A DNA stretch of 64,000 nt from an uncultured bacterium (GCA_963977445.1 CAXBPH010000002.1:1-64000), one strand, 5' to 3'; positions 40,625 to 50,426 are shown, counted from the stretch's first letter. Notes: a model not told the origin generated them from the sequence alone. Numbers and translations are program-made.

Positions 40625-43600
40625 ATGAATTTTCTGGATGTCTTAAAAGAACACGTCGTCGTCCTTGACGGTGCCACGGGTACAGCAATTCAAGATCTGT
40701 ATCTTGGCGATGATTCGTTCGGCGGCAGCGATTTCAAGATGCTTTCCGATCTGCTGTCCTTCTCGCGCCCCGACGATATGACCAATATCCACCTTAATTA
40801 CTATAAGGCCGGGGCCCATGCGGTGGAGACGAATACCTTCGGTGCCACGCCCATGCGCTTGTCGGAATATGACTTTTCCGCCATCGATCTGAGCGCCTTT
40901 GCCGAAAACCCCTATCCGGAAATGGATTTCAGCGGAAACGACTATGAAGCCCTGGCCTACTTTATGAGTCGTCGCGGCTGCGAACTGGCCTGCAATGCCC
41001 GGGAAATCTACAAGAAAGATCCTGACTACGACGGGCGGCCCCTCTTTGTATTCGGCTCCATTGGCCCCTCCAACCGGGTCCTTTCGTGCACGAAGGCCGA
41101 TCTGCGGGTCTCCACCTACGAAGACATCATGGACAACTTCTACCACCAGGTCTTGGGCTTTGTCGATGGCGGTGCCGACGTGCTCCTCTATGAGACCCAG
41201 CAGGATATCCTGGAGCTGAAGGCGGCCGTCATGGGCGGTCAGAAGGCCATGAAGGAAAAGGGCGTCAAACTGCCCATCATCTGCCAGGTGACGGTGGACC
41301 AATTTTCCAAGATGCAGATTTTCAACACGGACATCCATGCAGCCCTCGTGACTATGCAGGGTATCGGCATCGATGTATTTGGTATCAATTGCAGCATCGG
41401 GCCGGATCTCATGGAAAAGACAGTGGAAAAGCTGGCGCGCTACAGCCACATTCCCATTTCCGTGATTCCCAATGCGGGCCTGCCCACATCCGTTGACGGC
41501 AAGACCGTTTTCAAGTATCCGCCCGAAGAGTTCGGCCGTTACCAGCGTAAGTTTGCCGAGCATTATGGCGTGAATATCGTCGGCGGCTGTTGCGGCACGA
41601 CGGCGGCCCACATCAAGTGCGTGGCCGACCAGGTGCGGGGTCTCAAGCCCAAAGTACGCACCCCGGAGAAGGGCCTCTATCTTTCGGGGCCGCAGAATGC
41701 CGTGTTGCTCGATGGCTCCAAGACCCTCATCCAATTTGGCGAGCGTCTCAATGTGCGCGGGTCCCAGAAGGTTCGCGACGCCGTCGAAAATGAAACGGGT
41801 ATCGACCACGACGTGCTGGAAGAAGTGGTGCACGAGCAGGTCGAAGGCCTGGGTTGTCAGGTCATCGATGTCTGCATGGATTCGAACCAGATTAACACCG
41901 TAGACGCCCTGAAAGAAGTGGTCCATGTGCAGACGACCGATTTCTCCGGTGCCATGTGCCTCGACTCCTTCCAGGTAGACGCCCTCGAAGAGTCCATCAA
42001 GCAATACCCTGGACGTCCCTTAGTCAACTCCATCTCCATGGAAGAAGCCTCGCCCGGCGTTCTCAAAATCGACGCGGTGCTGGATGCCGTGAATCAGCAC
42101 AACCCCTGTTACGTGGGCCTCTGCACCGGCCCCAAGGGACCTGGCGCAACGCGGGAAGAGAAACTCGACCTCGCGAGCCAAATCCTCGATCGCGCCCTGG
42201 AGTTGTATGGCGTCACGGCCGACCGCATGTTCATCGACGTAAACTGCTTCCCCTTAGGTTCGGAGTCGATAGAGGGACAAAACTTTGCCGTTGAGACCCT
42301 CGAAGGCATCAAGGCGGTGAAGGAGAAGTACCCCACCGTCAACACGACGCTCGGTGTCGGTAACCTCACCAACGGACTTGCCAAAAAGCCCTATATGCGT
42401 AAAGTCCTCACCTCGGTCTTCCTCGACGAAGCACGGAAAATGGGCCTCGACTCGGCCATTATCAACCCCAACCACTACGTCTTCGTTTCCGACATCGACC
42501 CCCACGATTACCAACTCGGGTTGAAGTCCATCCTGGAACGGGACATGGATGCCTTCGCCGAGCTGGAAGATATCGCTGAGCGAAAAACCGGTGTGGTGGT
42601 GGTCCGGCGCACGAGCTATGACGACCTGCCCCTGGAAGAGGCCATTTGCGAGAAAATAAAAGACGGCTTTAAAGAGCGGAACAAGGGCACCGTGGATTAC
42701 CGCGGATTCACCTATGAGTACGCCGATAAAATCGTTCTTCAGGTGGTGGAATCCATGGACAAACACGAGCCCCTGGAATTCATCAACGAGCACCTCATGG
42801 GCGCTATGCAGGCCTTGGGTGATGGCTTTGGTCGTGGTGAAGTTTCCCTGCCCCACTTGCTGAAGGCGGCCGACGTCATGCGTCAGGCCATGGGCTTCCT
42901 TGAACAGTTCATGCGCAACGAAGCGGGTATCGATATCCACAGCAAGATTGAATACAAGGGTGTGGTCGTCATCGGTACGGTCTACCAGGATGTTCACTCC
43001 ATCGGTAAAGACCTGGCCCGGACGCTGCTGGAAAACTACGGCTATCGGGTTATTGACCTGGGCACCATGACGCCTCTCCAGGCCTACATCGATGCGGCGA
43101 AAGAGCATAACGCCCACGCCATTGGCATGTCGGCGTTGCTCGTGCAGACGTCCAACCACATGATCACCGTGGCCGATATGATGACCGAGCAGGGATTGGA
43201 TATTCCCATCCTCATCGGTGGTGCGCCCGTGAGTGACCGCCACGCGGCCTATGTGGCCATGGCGGGCAAAGACGCGCCCGAGGATATGCGGGAAAACGTC
43301 TTCTATTGCCGGACGGCGATGGACGGCGTCAACGTAATGAACAAGCTCCGCGCCACCGGAGACATCAGCGAGTACTATGCGGCGAATAAGGTAAAGCTCA
43401 TCAAGCGGTTGGAGCGCGCTGAGAAGCGCGCCGCAGCGGACCAGGAATTACTGGATACATTGGCCCGACGTGAAGTGGGTTTCGATGGTTTCGAATTGGC
43501 CGCCGAGCCCCGATTTGGTCGCCGCAAGGTGACCTACAGTCTTCGCGATTTCGCGCCCTACATGGAGAAGAAAACGCTCTTCGCTCTCAACTGGCGTTTT

Positions 43601-44248
43601 GGCGGGAAGACGGCCCGTGAAAAGCAGGGCCATACCGAAGAAAAGCTCAACGCCCTCTTCGACGAGTGGATCGAAAAGGCGACGGACAACAACTGGGTGG
43701 TGCCCCAGGGCGTCATGGGCATTTACCCCTGTCAGGCCGATGGCGATGAAGTCGTCGTCTACGACCCCGAAGACCACAGCAAGGAAATCGCTCGCTTCGA
43801 CTTTACCGTCGTGCTTGGTGGCGAAAAGAAAGATACCATCTGCGGTGCCCAGTATTACCACACCGTCGACAGTGGACAGATGAGTGCTATCGGCATCCAG
43901 CTCACCACCAGTGGACCCCAGGTGGATGGCTTTATCGAGGAGATGAAAGCCGCCGGAGATTCCGAGTCGACGTTGTTCTTGCAGGGCCTCTCCGACCGTA
44001 TTGCGGAAGACATGGCCGAGCACCTTCACCAGCAGATGCGTGCACTCATGGGCGTCAACGAAAAGCAGGGTCAACGTTGGAGTCCCGGCTATCCGGGTAT
44101 GCGCAACATTCACCTGAACGCTACGATTCACGACTTGTTGGGTGGCGAAGAGCTGATTGGCGTCAAGCTCACCGACGCCAGCGAGTTCAGTCCCACAGGG
44201 ACGACCGGTGCGGTATGCAGTTTCCACCCCGAGGCACGGTATACGTAA
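40625..44248 (+). CDS. metH: Cobalamin-dependent methionine synthase
   Basis: LDGATGT, Zn ligands GINC and GGCCGT, pterin domain GERLN, B12 motif DVHSIGK...SALL, activation domain RWSPGYP. Confidence 0.95.
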   Translation: MNFLDVLKEHVVVLDGATGTAIQDLYLGDDSFGGSDFKMLSDLLSFSRPDDMTNIHLNYYKAGAHAVETNTFGATPMRLSEYDFSAIDLSAFAENPYPEMDFSGNDYEALAYFMSRRGCELACNAREIYKKDPDYDGRPLFVFGSIGPSNRVLSCTKADLRVSTYEDIMDNFYHQVLGFVDGGADVLLYETQQDILELKAAVMGGQKAMKEKGVKLPIICQVTVDQFSKMQIFNTDIHAALVTMQGIGIDVFGINCSIGPDLMEKTVEKLARYSHIPISVIPNAGLPTSVDGKTVFKYPPEEFGRYQRKFAEHYGVNIVGGCCGTTAAHIKCVADQVRGLKPKVRTPEKGLYLSGPQNAVLLDGSKTLIQFGERLNVRGSQKVRDAVENETGIDHDVLEEVVHEQVEGLGCQVIDVCMDSNQINTVDALKEVVHVQTTDFSGAMCLDSFQVDALEESIKQYPGRPLVNSISMEEASPGVLKIDAVLDAVNQHNPCYVGLCTGPKGPGATREEKLDLASQILDRALELYGVTADRMFIDVNCFPLGSESIEGQNFAVETLEGIKAVKEKYPTVNTTLGVGNLTNGLAKKPYMRKVLTSVFLDEARKMGLDSAIINPNHYVFVSDIDPHDYQLGLKSILERDMDAFAELEDIAERKTGVVVVRRTSYDDLPLEEAICEKIKDGFKERNKGTVDYRGFTYEYADKIVLQVVESMDKHEPLEFINEHLMGAMQALGDGFGRGEVSLPHLLKAADVMRQAMGFLEQFMRNEAGIDIHSKIEYKGVVVIGTVYQDVHSIGKDLARTLLENYGYRVIDLGTMTPLQAYIDAAKEHNAHAIGMSALLVQTSNHMITVADMMTEQGLDIPILIGGAPVSDRHAAYVAMAGKDAPEDMRENVFYCRTAMDGVNVMNKLRATGDISEYYAANKVKLIKRLERAEKRAAADQELLDTLARREVGFDGFELAAEPRFGRRKVTYSLRDFAPYMEKKTLFALNWRFGGKTAREKQGHTEEKLNALFDEWIEKATDNNWVVPQGVMGIYPCQADGDEVVVYDPEDHSKEIARFDFTVVLGGEKKDTICGAQYYHTVDSGQMSAIGIQLTTSGPQVDGFIEEMKAAGDSESTLFLQGLSDRIAEDMAEHLHQQMRALMGVNEKQGQRWSPGYPGMRNIHLNATIHDLLGGEELIGVKLTDASEFSPTGTTGAVCSFHPEARYT

Positions 44249-44410
44249 TTGGGTCAGGCACAGAGGCGCGGCCGGGCGAGCGGACTAAATCCTCGAACGG
44301 TCGTCTCTATCTGGCCTTGGTGAGCGATTGGTAGGTGTGGCGTTCTTTTCCACAATCGGGTAAACTGACGGTAGTTGTCGTTTGGCTTCGAGTGTAGAAA
44401 GGGACGTGCC

Positions 44411-45391
44411 GTGAATAATCCTGAACCATTACTCAGCGTGCAGATCGATGGCGTTGCCGTTGACGCCGCACGAATTCCCGTGGCCCACTTACTGCGCTTT
44501 CTCAACAACATGACAAAAGCATTCCAGCGAACCGGGCGAGTACTACAAGGCAAATCAGATAGTGTACGTCGAGGGCCAGGGCCTGCGGCTATCTCCGAAG
44601 AGGTGGCGCTGGACTTGACGCTCTTGACGCACGGTAGCCCTTCTGCCGTGCTGGGATTCGAGCGGAGTCAATCCAAGCTCAGTTTTCCACAAATGGATAG
44701 TGGCATTGACGTGTTTGAGGTCGCGATAAAGGGCTTGGCACTCGTCCAGGAGGCCGGGGATACCCTTCCCCATGGCTTTGATCGCGGGGTGCTCATGGCG
44801 TGGCGTGACGCGGGGGGCTTGTTTCGGCAGGGCGTAGAGCGAATCGAATTTACCCTGAATAATCAGGACACCCCGCTGGTATCCGAATTTACACCCAGCG
44901 GGTTCGCGCGACTCCAACAAAGGATACAAGGGCCCCTGACCAACGTCCGAACGATTGAAGGACGCCTTATCATGGCTGATTTCAAGGAGCATGGGTCCCG
45001 ATGCCGCATCCATCCGTCAATGGGTGAGCCTGTGCTGTGTTTGTTCGACGACGCGCAAAAAGACGAGGTGCTGGAAGACATTCTGCAGTATGTACAAATC
45101 GTCGGCGAAGCCAAAGAAGACCCGGTGACGGGGAAAATAACCAGTATTCAGATTCATGACATAGAGCGTATGGATGCGCGGGATGGCCTTGGGGTTGAGC
45201 TGCTGCCTACCGGTTTACCGCTCCCCCAGGACTTTTGGGATTCTCCCTCCCTGGACGAGCTGGCATCGGCGCAAGGGGTCTCGGCGATTTCCAATGTAGA
45301 GATGCTTTTCGGTACCTGGCCTGGCGATACAGGCGACGGGTTTGAAGGATTGGTCGAGGAACTGCGGCACAAAGGAATGGTCGAGAGTTAA
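44411..45391 (+). CDS. Hypothetical 326-aa protein, upstream partner of the PIN toxin
   Basis: Long ORF from GTG 44411; acidic C-terminal tail; ends 13 nt before the PIN gene. Confidence 0.7.
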   Translation: MNNPEPLLSVQIDGVAVDAARIPVAHLLRFLNNMTKAFQRTGRVLQGKSDSVRRGPGPAAISEEVALDLTLLTHGSPSAVLGFERSQSKLSFPQMDSGIDVFEVAIKGLALVQEAGDTLPHGFDRGVLMAWRDAGGLFRQGVERIEFTLNNQDTPLVSEFTPSGFARLQQRIQGPLTNVRTIEGRLIMADFKEHGSRCRIHPSMGEPVLCLFDDAQKDEVLEDILQYVQIVGEAKEDPVTGKITSIQIHDIERMDARDGLGVELLPTGLPLPQDFWDSPSLDELASAQGVSAISNVEMLFGTWPGDTGDGFEGLVEELRHKGMVES

Positions 45392-45404
45392 GGGGGGAGT
45401 GACC

Positions 45405-45806
45405 ATGACTAACGTAATGGTGGATACGAACATTGTGTCCTACTTGATGAAGGGGAATGACTTGGGCCGTCTTTATGCCCCACATCTTCAGGGAAAGGTG
45501 TTGTCCATTTCTTTCATCACCGTGGGCGAGCTCTATTTTGGTGCAGAGAATGCACAGTGGGGCGAAAGCCGACGAAAAAAACTGGAGTCAAGTCTTCGAA
45601 ATTTCGTCGTTGTTCCTTATGACCACGAAATCGCCCGGGCCTACGGTAAGGTCGTTGCGGAGAGAAAACGCAACGGCACGCCGATTGCCCCAAATGATGC
45701 CTGGATTGCAGCTTGTGCGGTTCGCCACCATGTTCCACTGGTTACGCACAACGTGAAAGATTTTACCGGTATCACCACGTTGAAAATAATTTCCGAAGTA
45801 AAATAG
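45405..45806 (+). CDS. vapC: PIN-domain VapC-family ribonuclease toxin
   Basis: VDTNIVSY, ITVGELYFG, NDAWIAA, LVTHNVKDF. Confidence 0.9.
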   Translation: MTNVMVDTNIVSYLMKGNDLGRLYAPHLQGKVLSISFITVGELYFGAENAQWGESRRKKLESSLRNFVVVPYDHEIARAYGKVVAERKRNGTPIAPNDAWIAACAVRHHVPLVTHNVKDFTGITTLKIISEVK

Positions 45807-45938
45807 GGAAACCTGCTTTCCCCATTTGCGATATGCCCGCAACCGATGGTGCCCAAAGCGTTACTATAATTCTATTCCCCGGTCCCAGCATCGACGTGCA
45901 GGTGAAGCGCGTCCCGAGAATCAGGCGATATACCCCGC

Positions 45939-45983
45939 AAAAAAGTCCAGGGACGTCGGCAGTATTGCTACTGCAGACGTCCC
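45939..45983 (-). terminator. Hairpin/terminator closing the peptide operon
   Basis: gggacgtc-ggcagta-ttgc-tactgca-gacgtccc stem, followed on the minus strand by a T6 run. Confidence 0.5.
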
Positions 45984-46049
45984 CGCCCCACCGGTGATAC
46001 GTACGGCATCCCTGCCCCTGCCCAATTGTGGGATGCCGGTCCCAACGCG

Positions 46050-46157
46050 TCATGCCTGGCGATTGCTTTGAATGATGGTCCATTCTTTGTGACCGTTGTC
46101 GGTGCGGGCAGCGGCTTCCCGAACTTCCTGCAGGTCATTCATGTTGATAGAATTCAT
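46050..46157 (-). CDS. 35-aa peptide MNSINMNDLQEVREAAARTDNGHKEWTIIQSNRQA (not in the ORF track)
   Basis: Strong RBS aaggagg 8 nt before ATG; hand translation. Confidence 0.65.
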   Translation of the reverse strand: MNSINMNDLQEVREAAARTDNGHKEWTIIQSNRQA

Positions 46158-46235
46158 GGCGAAATCCTCCTTGGTTGCCTTCATACTTCCATGTCGCGAT
46201 CCCGGGGCGAATGCCCTGGATATCAATTGGTGTTC

Positions 46236-46391
46236 TTAGGAAGCACCGGGGAAGCGCGGGGGGACGACCTGTTCACCAAAAAAAATCTTCTGGTCGGCCC
46301 CACCGGTTACATGGGCTTCCTCATCGAGATCTTCGAGGAGAATTACCCGTTTAGCAGGACTCTTCGCAATCTTGCTGTTTTTTTCTGTCAT
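46236..46391 (-). CDS. 51-aa peptide with double-glycine-like leader
   Basis: RBS aagggag; ...VILLEDLDEEAHVTGG|ADQKIFFGE... Confidence 0.65.
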   Translation of the reverse strand: MTEKNSKIAKSPAKRVILLEDLDEEAHVTGGADQKIFFGEQVVPPRFPGAS

Positions 46392-46476
46392 GGGGTAATC
46401 TCCCTTCGTTTTCACACACACACGTGGCCCGAAGGCCGCATTGCAGCACAGTAACTATCTGATTGGTCGGAATGGC

Positions 46477-46614
46477 CTAGTAGGGCGCCGATTCGCCGTC
46501 TACACCGTCTACACCGTCAAACTTGATGTAACCGGCACCGCCCTTGACGTCTTCCGCCTTCGCCTGGTCTTGATTTTTGCCTTCATTCATGTCGTTAATC
46601 TCTACCTCGCTCAT
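46477..46614 (-). CDS. 45-aa peptide with double-glycine-like leader and Hcp-like core
   Basis: RBS ggagg; MSEVEINDM...EDVKGG|AGYIKFDGVDGVDGESAPY. Confidence 0.7.
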   Translation of the reverse strand: MSEVEINDMNEGKNQDQAKAEDVKGGAGYIKFDGVDGVDGESAPY

Positions 46615-46700
46615 GGGCTTTTCCTCCGCCCCCTGCATGGGGCTGTTTTTTCTGTGCGCCTCTTGTGGCACCCGCTGAACGATCAATCTACAAGGTTTAC

Positions 46701-46716
46701 GCCACTACCGTGCCAA
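46701..46716 (-). promoter_or_regulatory. Sigma54 (-24/-12) promoter
   Basis: Minus strand TTGGCACG-GTAG-TGGC with exact GG-N10-GC spacing, about 87 nt upstream of the first peptide ATG. Confidence 0.6.
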
Positions 46717-47023
46717 GTTGTTTGGTTGGTGTGTAAGTGGTTTGATTTCAGCAACTTGATTGTTTGTGTGCGTTGTATTCTGGCGGCCGGGGCATGACCG
46801 GGGGGCCGAAATGTGCCCGAAAACGATACCATGGCATCAAAATGGCCCTATAGCAATCATGGGTCGTCCGTGCTTCAGGCCGATTCGGACGGGGAACAGC
46901 CCGAGGGCCATCTCTCTTTCGGTCAAACTATCATCTACAGCGAAAAATAGCGTACAATACCCGTAATGCGGTGGCACGCGGGCTCTTCAGATAAACACAG
47001 TTTGGCGGACAGGTGTATTTTAA

Positions 47024-48613
47024 TTGAGTGAAACGCTGGACAATTCGAAGAATTTCCAAAGCTGGCATGTCATGCGTGACCGCAGGCGGGGCCAGTATAT
47101 TCGTGCCGCCCTGGTGGGGCTGTTCGCTGGCGCGGTGGCCCTGTTCTTCCAGCAGATGCTGGTCTTCGCAGAAGAATCCCGCGTTACGCTCTATGAGCGC
47201 TTGCACCACAGCTACCCCGGTCTGGGTTGGCTCGTTGCAGTGGCCATCGGCGGGGGATGCGGTCTTTTTGTAGGCTGGCTCACGTCGCGTTTTGCCCCCG
47301 AAGCGGGTGGCAGTGGCGTTCCCCATGTAAAAGGCTGTCTCATGCACGCCAGCACCATGTCCTGGCGTCGCGTCTTACCGGTAAAGTTCGTAGGCGGTAT
47401 ACTCTGTATTGGTGCCGGTTTCTCGCTGGGGCGTGAAGGCCCCACGGTGCAGATGGGTGCCGCCGTCGCGAAACTCCTCTCCGATATCCTTCGGGTTCCG
47501 GCCAAGGCCGCGCCACGACTGATGGCCTGCGGTGCCGGTGCGGGGCTGGCCGCCGCCTTTCACGCACCTCTGGCAGGTTTCATCTTCACCATCGAAGAAC
47601 TGCAACGGGAATTCTCTACGCTGACCTATGTGATGGCCCTCATTGCGGCTGTTGTGGCCGATATCGTGGCGACCTCATTCTGGGGCACGGGTAACGTCTT
47701 CGATTTATCCAGTTTTCCCGAATCCTCCCTCGCTTCTCTGCCGGTCTGTGCCGTAATCGGTATCTTTGCCGGCGTCTTTGGCACGGGATTTTCCCGGGCC
47801 CTCCTTAAGTTGCAACACGTGACCAGCACCAGTAAGAACATGCCCGCCTGGGCCCGTGCGGGTGTGGTAGGCATGGTCGTCGGACTCGCGGCGTGGTTTC
47901 TTCCTTCCATCTCCGGCGGTGGCCACGAGATTACCGAGCTCATGCTCAAAGGCAACACGGCCGAAGCCGAGTTTATCGGTTTCCTGTTCATCATTTTTGC
48001 CGGTAAATTTCTACTCACCATCCTCTGTTATGCCACGGGCGTTCCCGGTGGTATTTTTGCGCCCATGCTCGTTATGGGCGCCAGCATGGGTATGATTGCC
48101 GGTATCGCGGTCTCCAGTTTCTTTCCAAGTCTTGCGCCGATTCCAGAGTCCTTCGTCGTCATTGGTATGGCCGCATTTTTCGCCGCCGTCGTTCGCGCAC
48201 CCATCACCGCTATCGTGCTTGTGTTGGAGATGACCGGTGACTTCCATCAGTTATTGCCCCTGATTACGGGCTCCTTGTTTGCTTTGGTAGTGGCAGAGCG
48301 TCTGGGAACGCCTCCTATTTACGATGCCCTTCTCGAGGCCGACACAAACCGGAAACACCCCGACGTGGCGGTACATCGGGAGCCGGTCCTCCTGGAATTT
48401 GTGATACAGGAAGGTTCGGAAATGGACGGCAAACCCATTAAAGAAGTTCCCCTTCCCGCCCGATGCCTTTTTGTCACAATTGCTCGCCAGGGCAATGACC
48501 TGCTGCCCAACGGCGATACGGTGCTTCACAAAGGTGACCACGTCACCGCCGTGTTGAGTGGTGCCGGTGCCGGTGAGGCCGTCGTCCGTCTCCTGCCCCT
48601 GAGCAAAGCCTGA
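47024..48613 (+). CDS. clcA: ClC H+/Cl- antiporter with C-terminal TrkA-C domain
   Basis: GSGVP, GREGPTVQ (gating Glu), FTIEE, GIFAP, PIYD; RCK-C tail PNGDTVLHKGD. Confidence 0.9.
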   Translation: MSETLDNSKNFQSWHVMRDRRRGQYIRAALVGLFAGAVALFFQQMLVFAEESRVTLYERLHHSYPGLGWLVAVAIGGGCGLFVGWLTSRFAPEAGGSGVPHVKGCLMHASTMSWRRVLPVKFVGGILCIGAGFSLGREGPTVQMGAAVAKLLSDILRVPAKAAPRLMACGAGAGLAAAFHAPLAGFIFTIEELQREFSTLTYVMALIAAVVADIVATSFWGTGNVFDLSSFPESSLASLPVCAVIGIFAGVFGTGFSRALLKLQHVTSTSKNMPAWARAGVVGMVVGLAAWFLPSISGGGHEITELMLKGNTAEAEFIGFLFIIFAGKFLLTILCYATGVPGGIFAPMLVMGASMGMIAGIAVSSFFPSLAPIPESFVVIGMAAFFAAVVRAPITAIVLVLEMTGDFHQLLPLITGSLFALVVAERLGTPPIYDALLEADTNRKHPDVAVHREPVLLEFVIQEGSEMDGKPIKEVPLPARCLFVTIARQGNDLLPNGDTVLHKGDHVTAVLSGAGAGEAVVRLLPLSKA

Positions 48614-48682
48614 TCACTGCGCTCTATTCTTGAACCCATGTCCCCAATGGGATAGTCTCGTCTGAAAATACGGCTATATCCC

Positions 48683-49177
48683 ATGGGCATGAGTTGTACA
48701 CTCTTTTTTCGCCCACCCCGTGAACTTGCTGAACCCAACCATGAAATGGAATTGATGATGGAAGCGATACGTGATGAAGACTATGTAGACTTTGGAATTT
48801 CCTTTCAATCCATCCTCGTCGATCATTTGAATATCGTTTTGAAAGAAAAAGGCGTGGAAGAACAAGACGTCCGGAAGGATATTTGTGAAACCTTCCTCCT
48901 GGGTCTGGGAAACTTCATTGACCGATACTGGTTTGAATACGAAGGGCAACGGGTACATCCTATGTTGGCGTTCTCAGAGAATCACCTGGATGTTCATACG
49001 CCGCTGGAAGAACTGGGCACGGTTCTCTTCGCACCGGGAGATTTCTCTCAGCGCGAATACGCCGTTGGCGTGGTCGCTGATTTTTTTGAGGACAACGAAG
49101 AAGAAATTCCCGGAATTGTTACCGGTATTGTCGGTGAAGAAGAAGAGGATGACTACGAAGTCGATGATATGGGCTGA
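48683..49177 (+). CDS. Acidic hypothetical protein
   Basis: 164-aa Asp/Glu-rich ORF with no recognised motif. Confidence 0.6.
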   Translation: MGMSCTLFFRPPRELAEPNHEMELMMEAIRDEDYVDFGISFQSILVDHLNIVLKEKGVEEQDVRKDICETFLLGLGNFIDRYWFEYEGQRVHPMLAFSENHLDVHTPLEELGTVLFAPGDFSQREYAVGVVADFFEDNEEEIPGIVTGIVGEEEEDDYEVDDMG

Positions 49178-49233
49178 ATCTGGCGTGGGGCAATCGGGGC
49201 GGGGCACGTCCGAGCGGCGCGTGTGATTCGTTC

Positions 49234-49262
49234 TTGACAATAGTCTGCAAAAGTTCTATCTT
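49234..49262 (+). promoter_or_regulatory. Sigma70-like promoter for the 49453-54174 locus
   Basis: TTGACA-N17-TATCTT. Confidence 0.6.
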
Positions 49263-49452
49263 TAAACAAAAGTATGAAACCTGTGGAAAGGTTATGTGCT
49301 TAGCTATCTCGGAGGCGTTGGCCCGTCCCAATTGGTGCGAGCTCTTTGTTGGTTTCTGGGGTAGTTGGCTTGCCCATTGATGTCCGACGTGTCGATGGGC
49401 AGGATTGTTCCGATTGAACTGAGGCTTAAATCAAAAGAGGGGCAGCATCTCA

Positions 49453-50412
49453 ATGACGACGTTATTTCTGGTGGTATGGGCAGTACTTGGGGCGAATGGC
49501 GCAGACGGGGCTGAAGATCAACTAAAGTTCCTGGCGGCGACCCAGGAGCAGACCCAAGTGGCCTATTCCAGACTCAGCTATGATGCCAACGTCATAAACA
49601 CCTCTTTTATACCCAATTTGAAGTCCTCATTGCCGGTTACGTCACGCTACGTCGTGCGGGTCCATGGTGATACGGTGTTGAATACGTGGGAGTGCCTCAC
49701 CACGTTGAAAGAGGACGAGGGCAATGATGGAAAGCCTTCCATTACCGTTTCTGACCAGCCCCGGGTGAAACGTGTACTCAAGACGCCCACCTACATTGCC
49801 GTCTGGAGAGATGTCGCGAACCCCACCATCATGCTCTACTATCTCGAAGACTGGCGCGACTCGTTAAGAGATTACAATACGACGTTCGATAGCACATTTT
49901 CGTTGGTCGACATAAACAGGTTGTGTTTTGGTCACTCGACGCCCTTCGTTTCGCTCTATCGCAATCAAGGGTTTTCCGCACGATGGGATGTCCTGGCCTT
50001 TGAAGCAGGCGAGAGAATACAGGTGCAGCGCTCCCTTCCTGTTAAAGAGGCCGTATACAGTCCCGATCTGATGCTTGATATGAATCCGATGGACGGCCTT
50101 GTGCGGAACGGGACCTTTAAGCCCGTGGCGGCCAAGCTCGGTGCGGAAGTTAACGTGGAATATGTGGAAGCGTCTATTGGTGGACGGTCGCTCCACGTGC
50201 CATCAACCTACAACTATGACAAGGCAAGTGAGCGGGAAGAGTTGAAATCTAACATCGCTATCACGTTTACAAACTTTGTAGATGAGGCCGATAAACCCGA
50301 GCTAACCCTGTCCGACCTTGGTGTGCCTGTCGGCGCAGCGTTGCGGAAAATGTACCCCGATGGACGTCAGAAAACTGCAAAATGGGATGGGCTCCAATTG
50401 ACATTCCACTAA
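49453..50412 (+). CDS. Secreted hypothetical beta-rich protein
   Basis: Signal peptide MTTLFLVVWAVLGA; agagggg RBS. Confidence 0.7.
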   Translation: MTTLFLVVWAVLGANGADGAEDQLKFLAATQEQTQVAYSRLSYDANVINTSFIPNLKSSLPVTSRYVVRVHGDTVLNTWECLTTLKEDEGNDGKPSITVSDQPRVKRVLKTPTYIAVWRDVANPTIMLYYLEDWRDSLRDYNTTFDSTFSLVDINRLCFGHSTPFVSLYRNQGFSARWDVLAFEAGERIQVQRSLPVKEAVYSPDLMLDMNPMDGLVRNGTFKPVAAKLGAEVNVEYVEASIGGRSLHVPSTYNYDKASEREELKSNIAITFTNFVDEADKPELTLSDLGVPVGAALRKMYPDGRQKTAKWDGLQLTFH

Positions 50413-50426
50413 CGAGGAATAGCGTC

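Noticed and set aside
46832..46846. Second GG-N10-GC element (TGGCATCAAAATGGC) facing clcA
   Set aside because: Weaker match to the sigma54 consensus, far from the start codon, and plausible by chance
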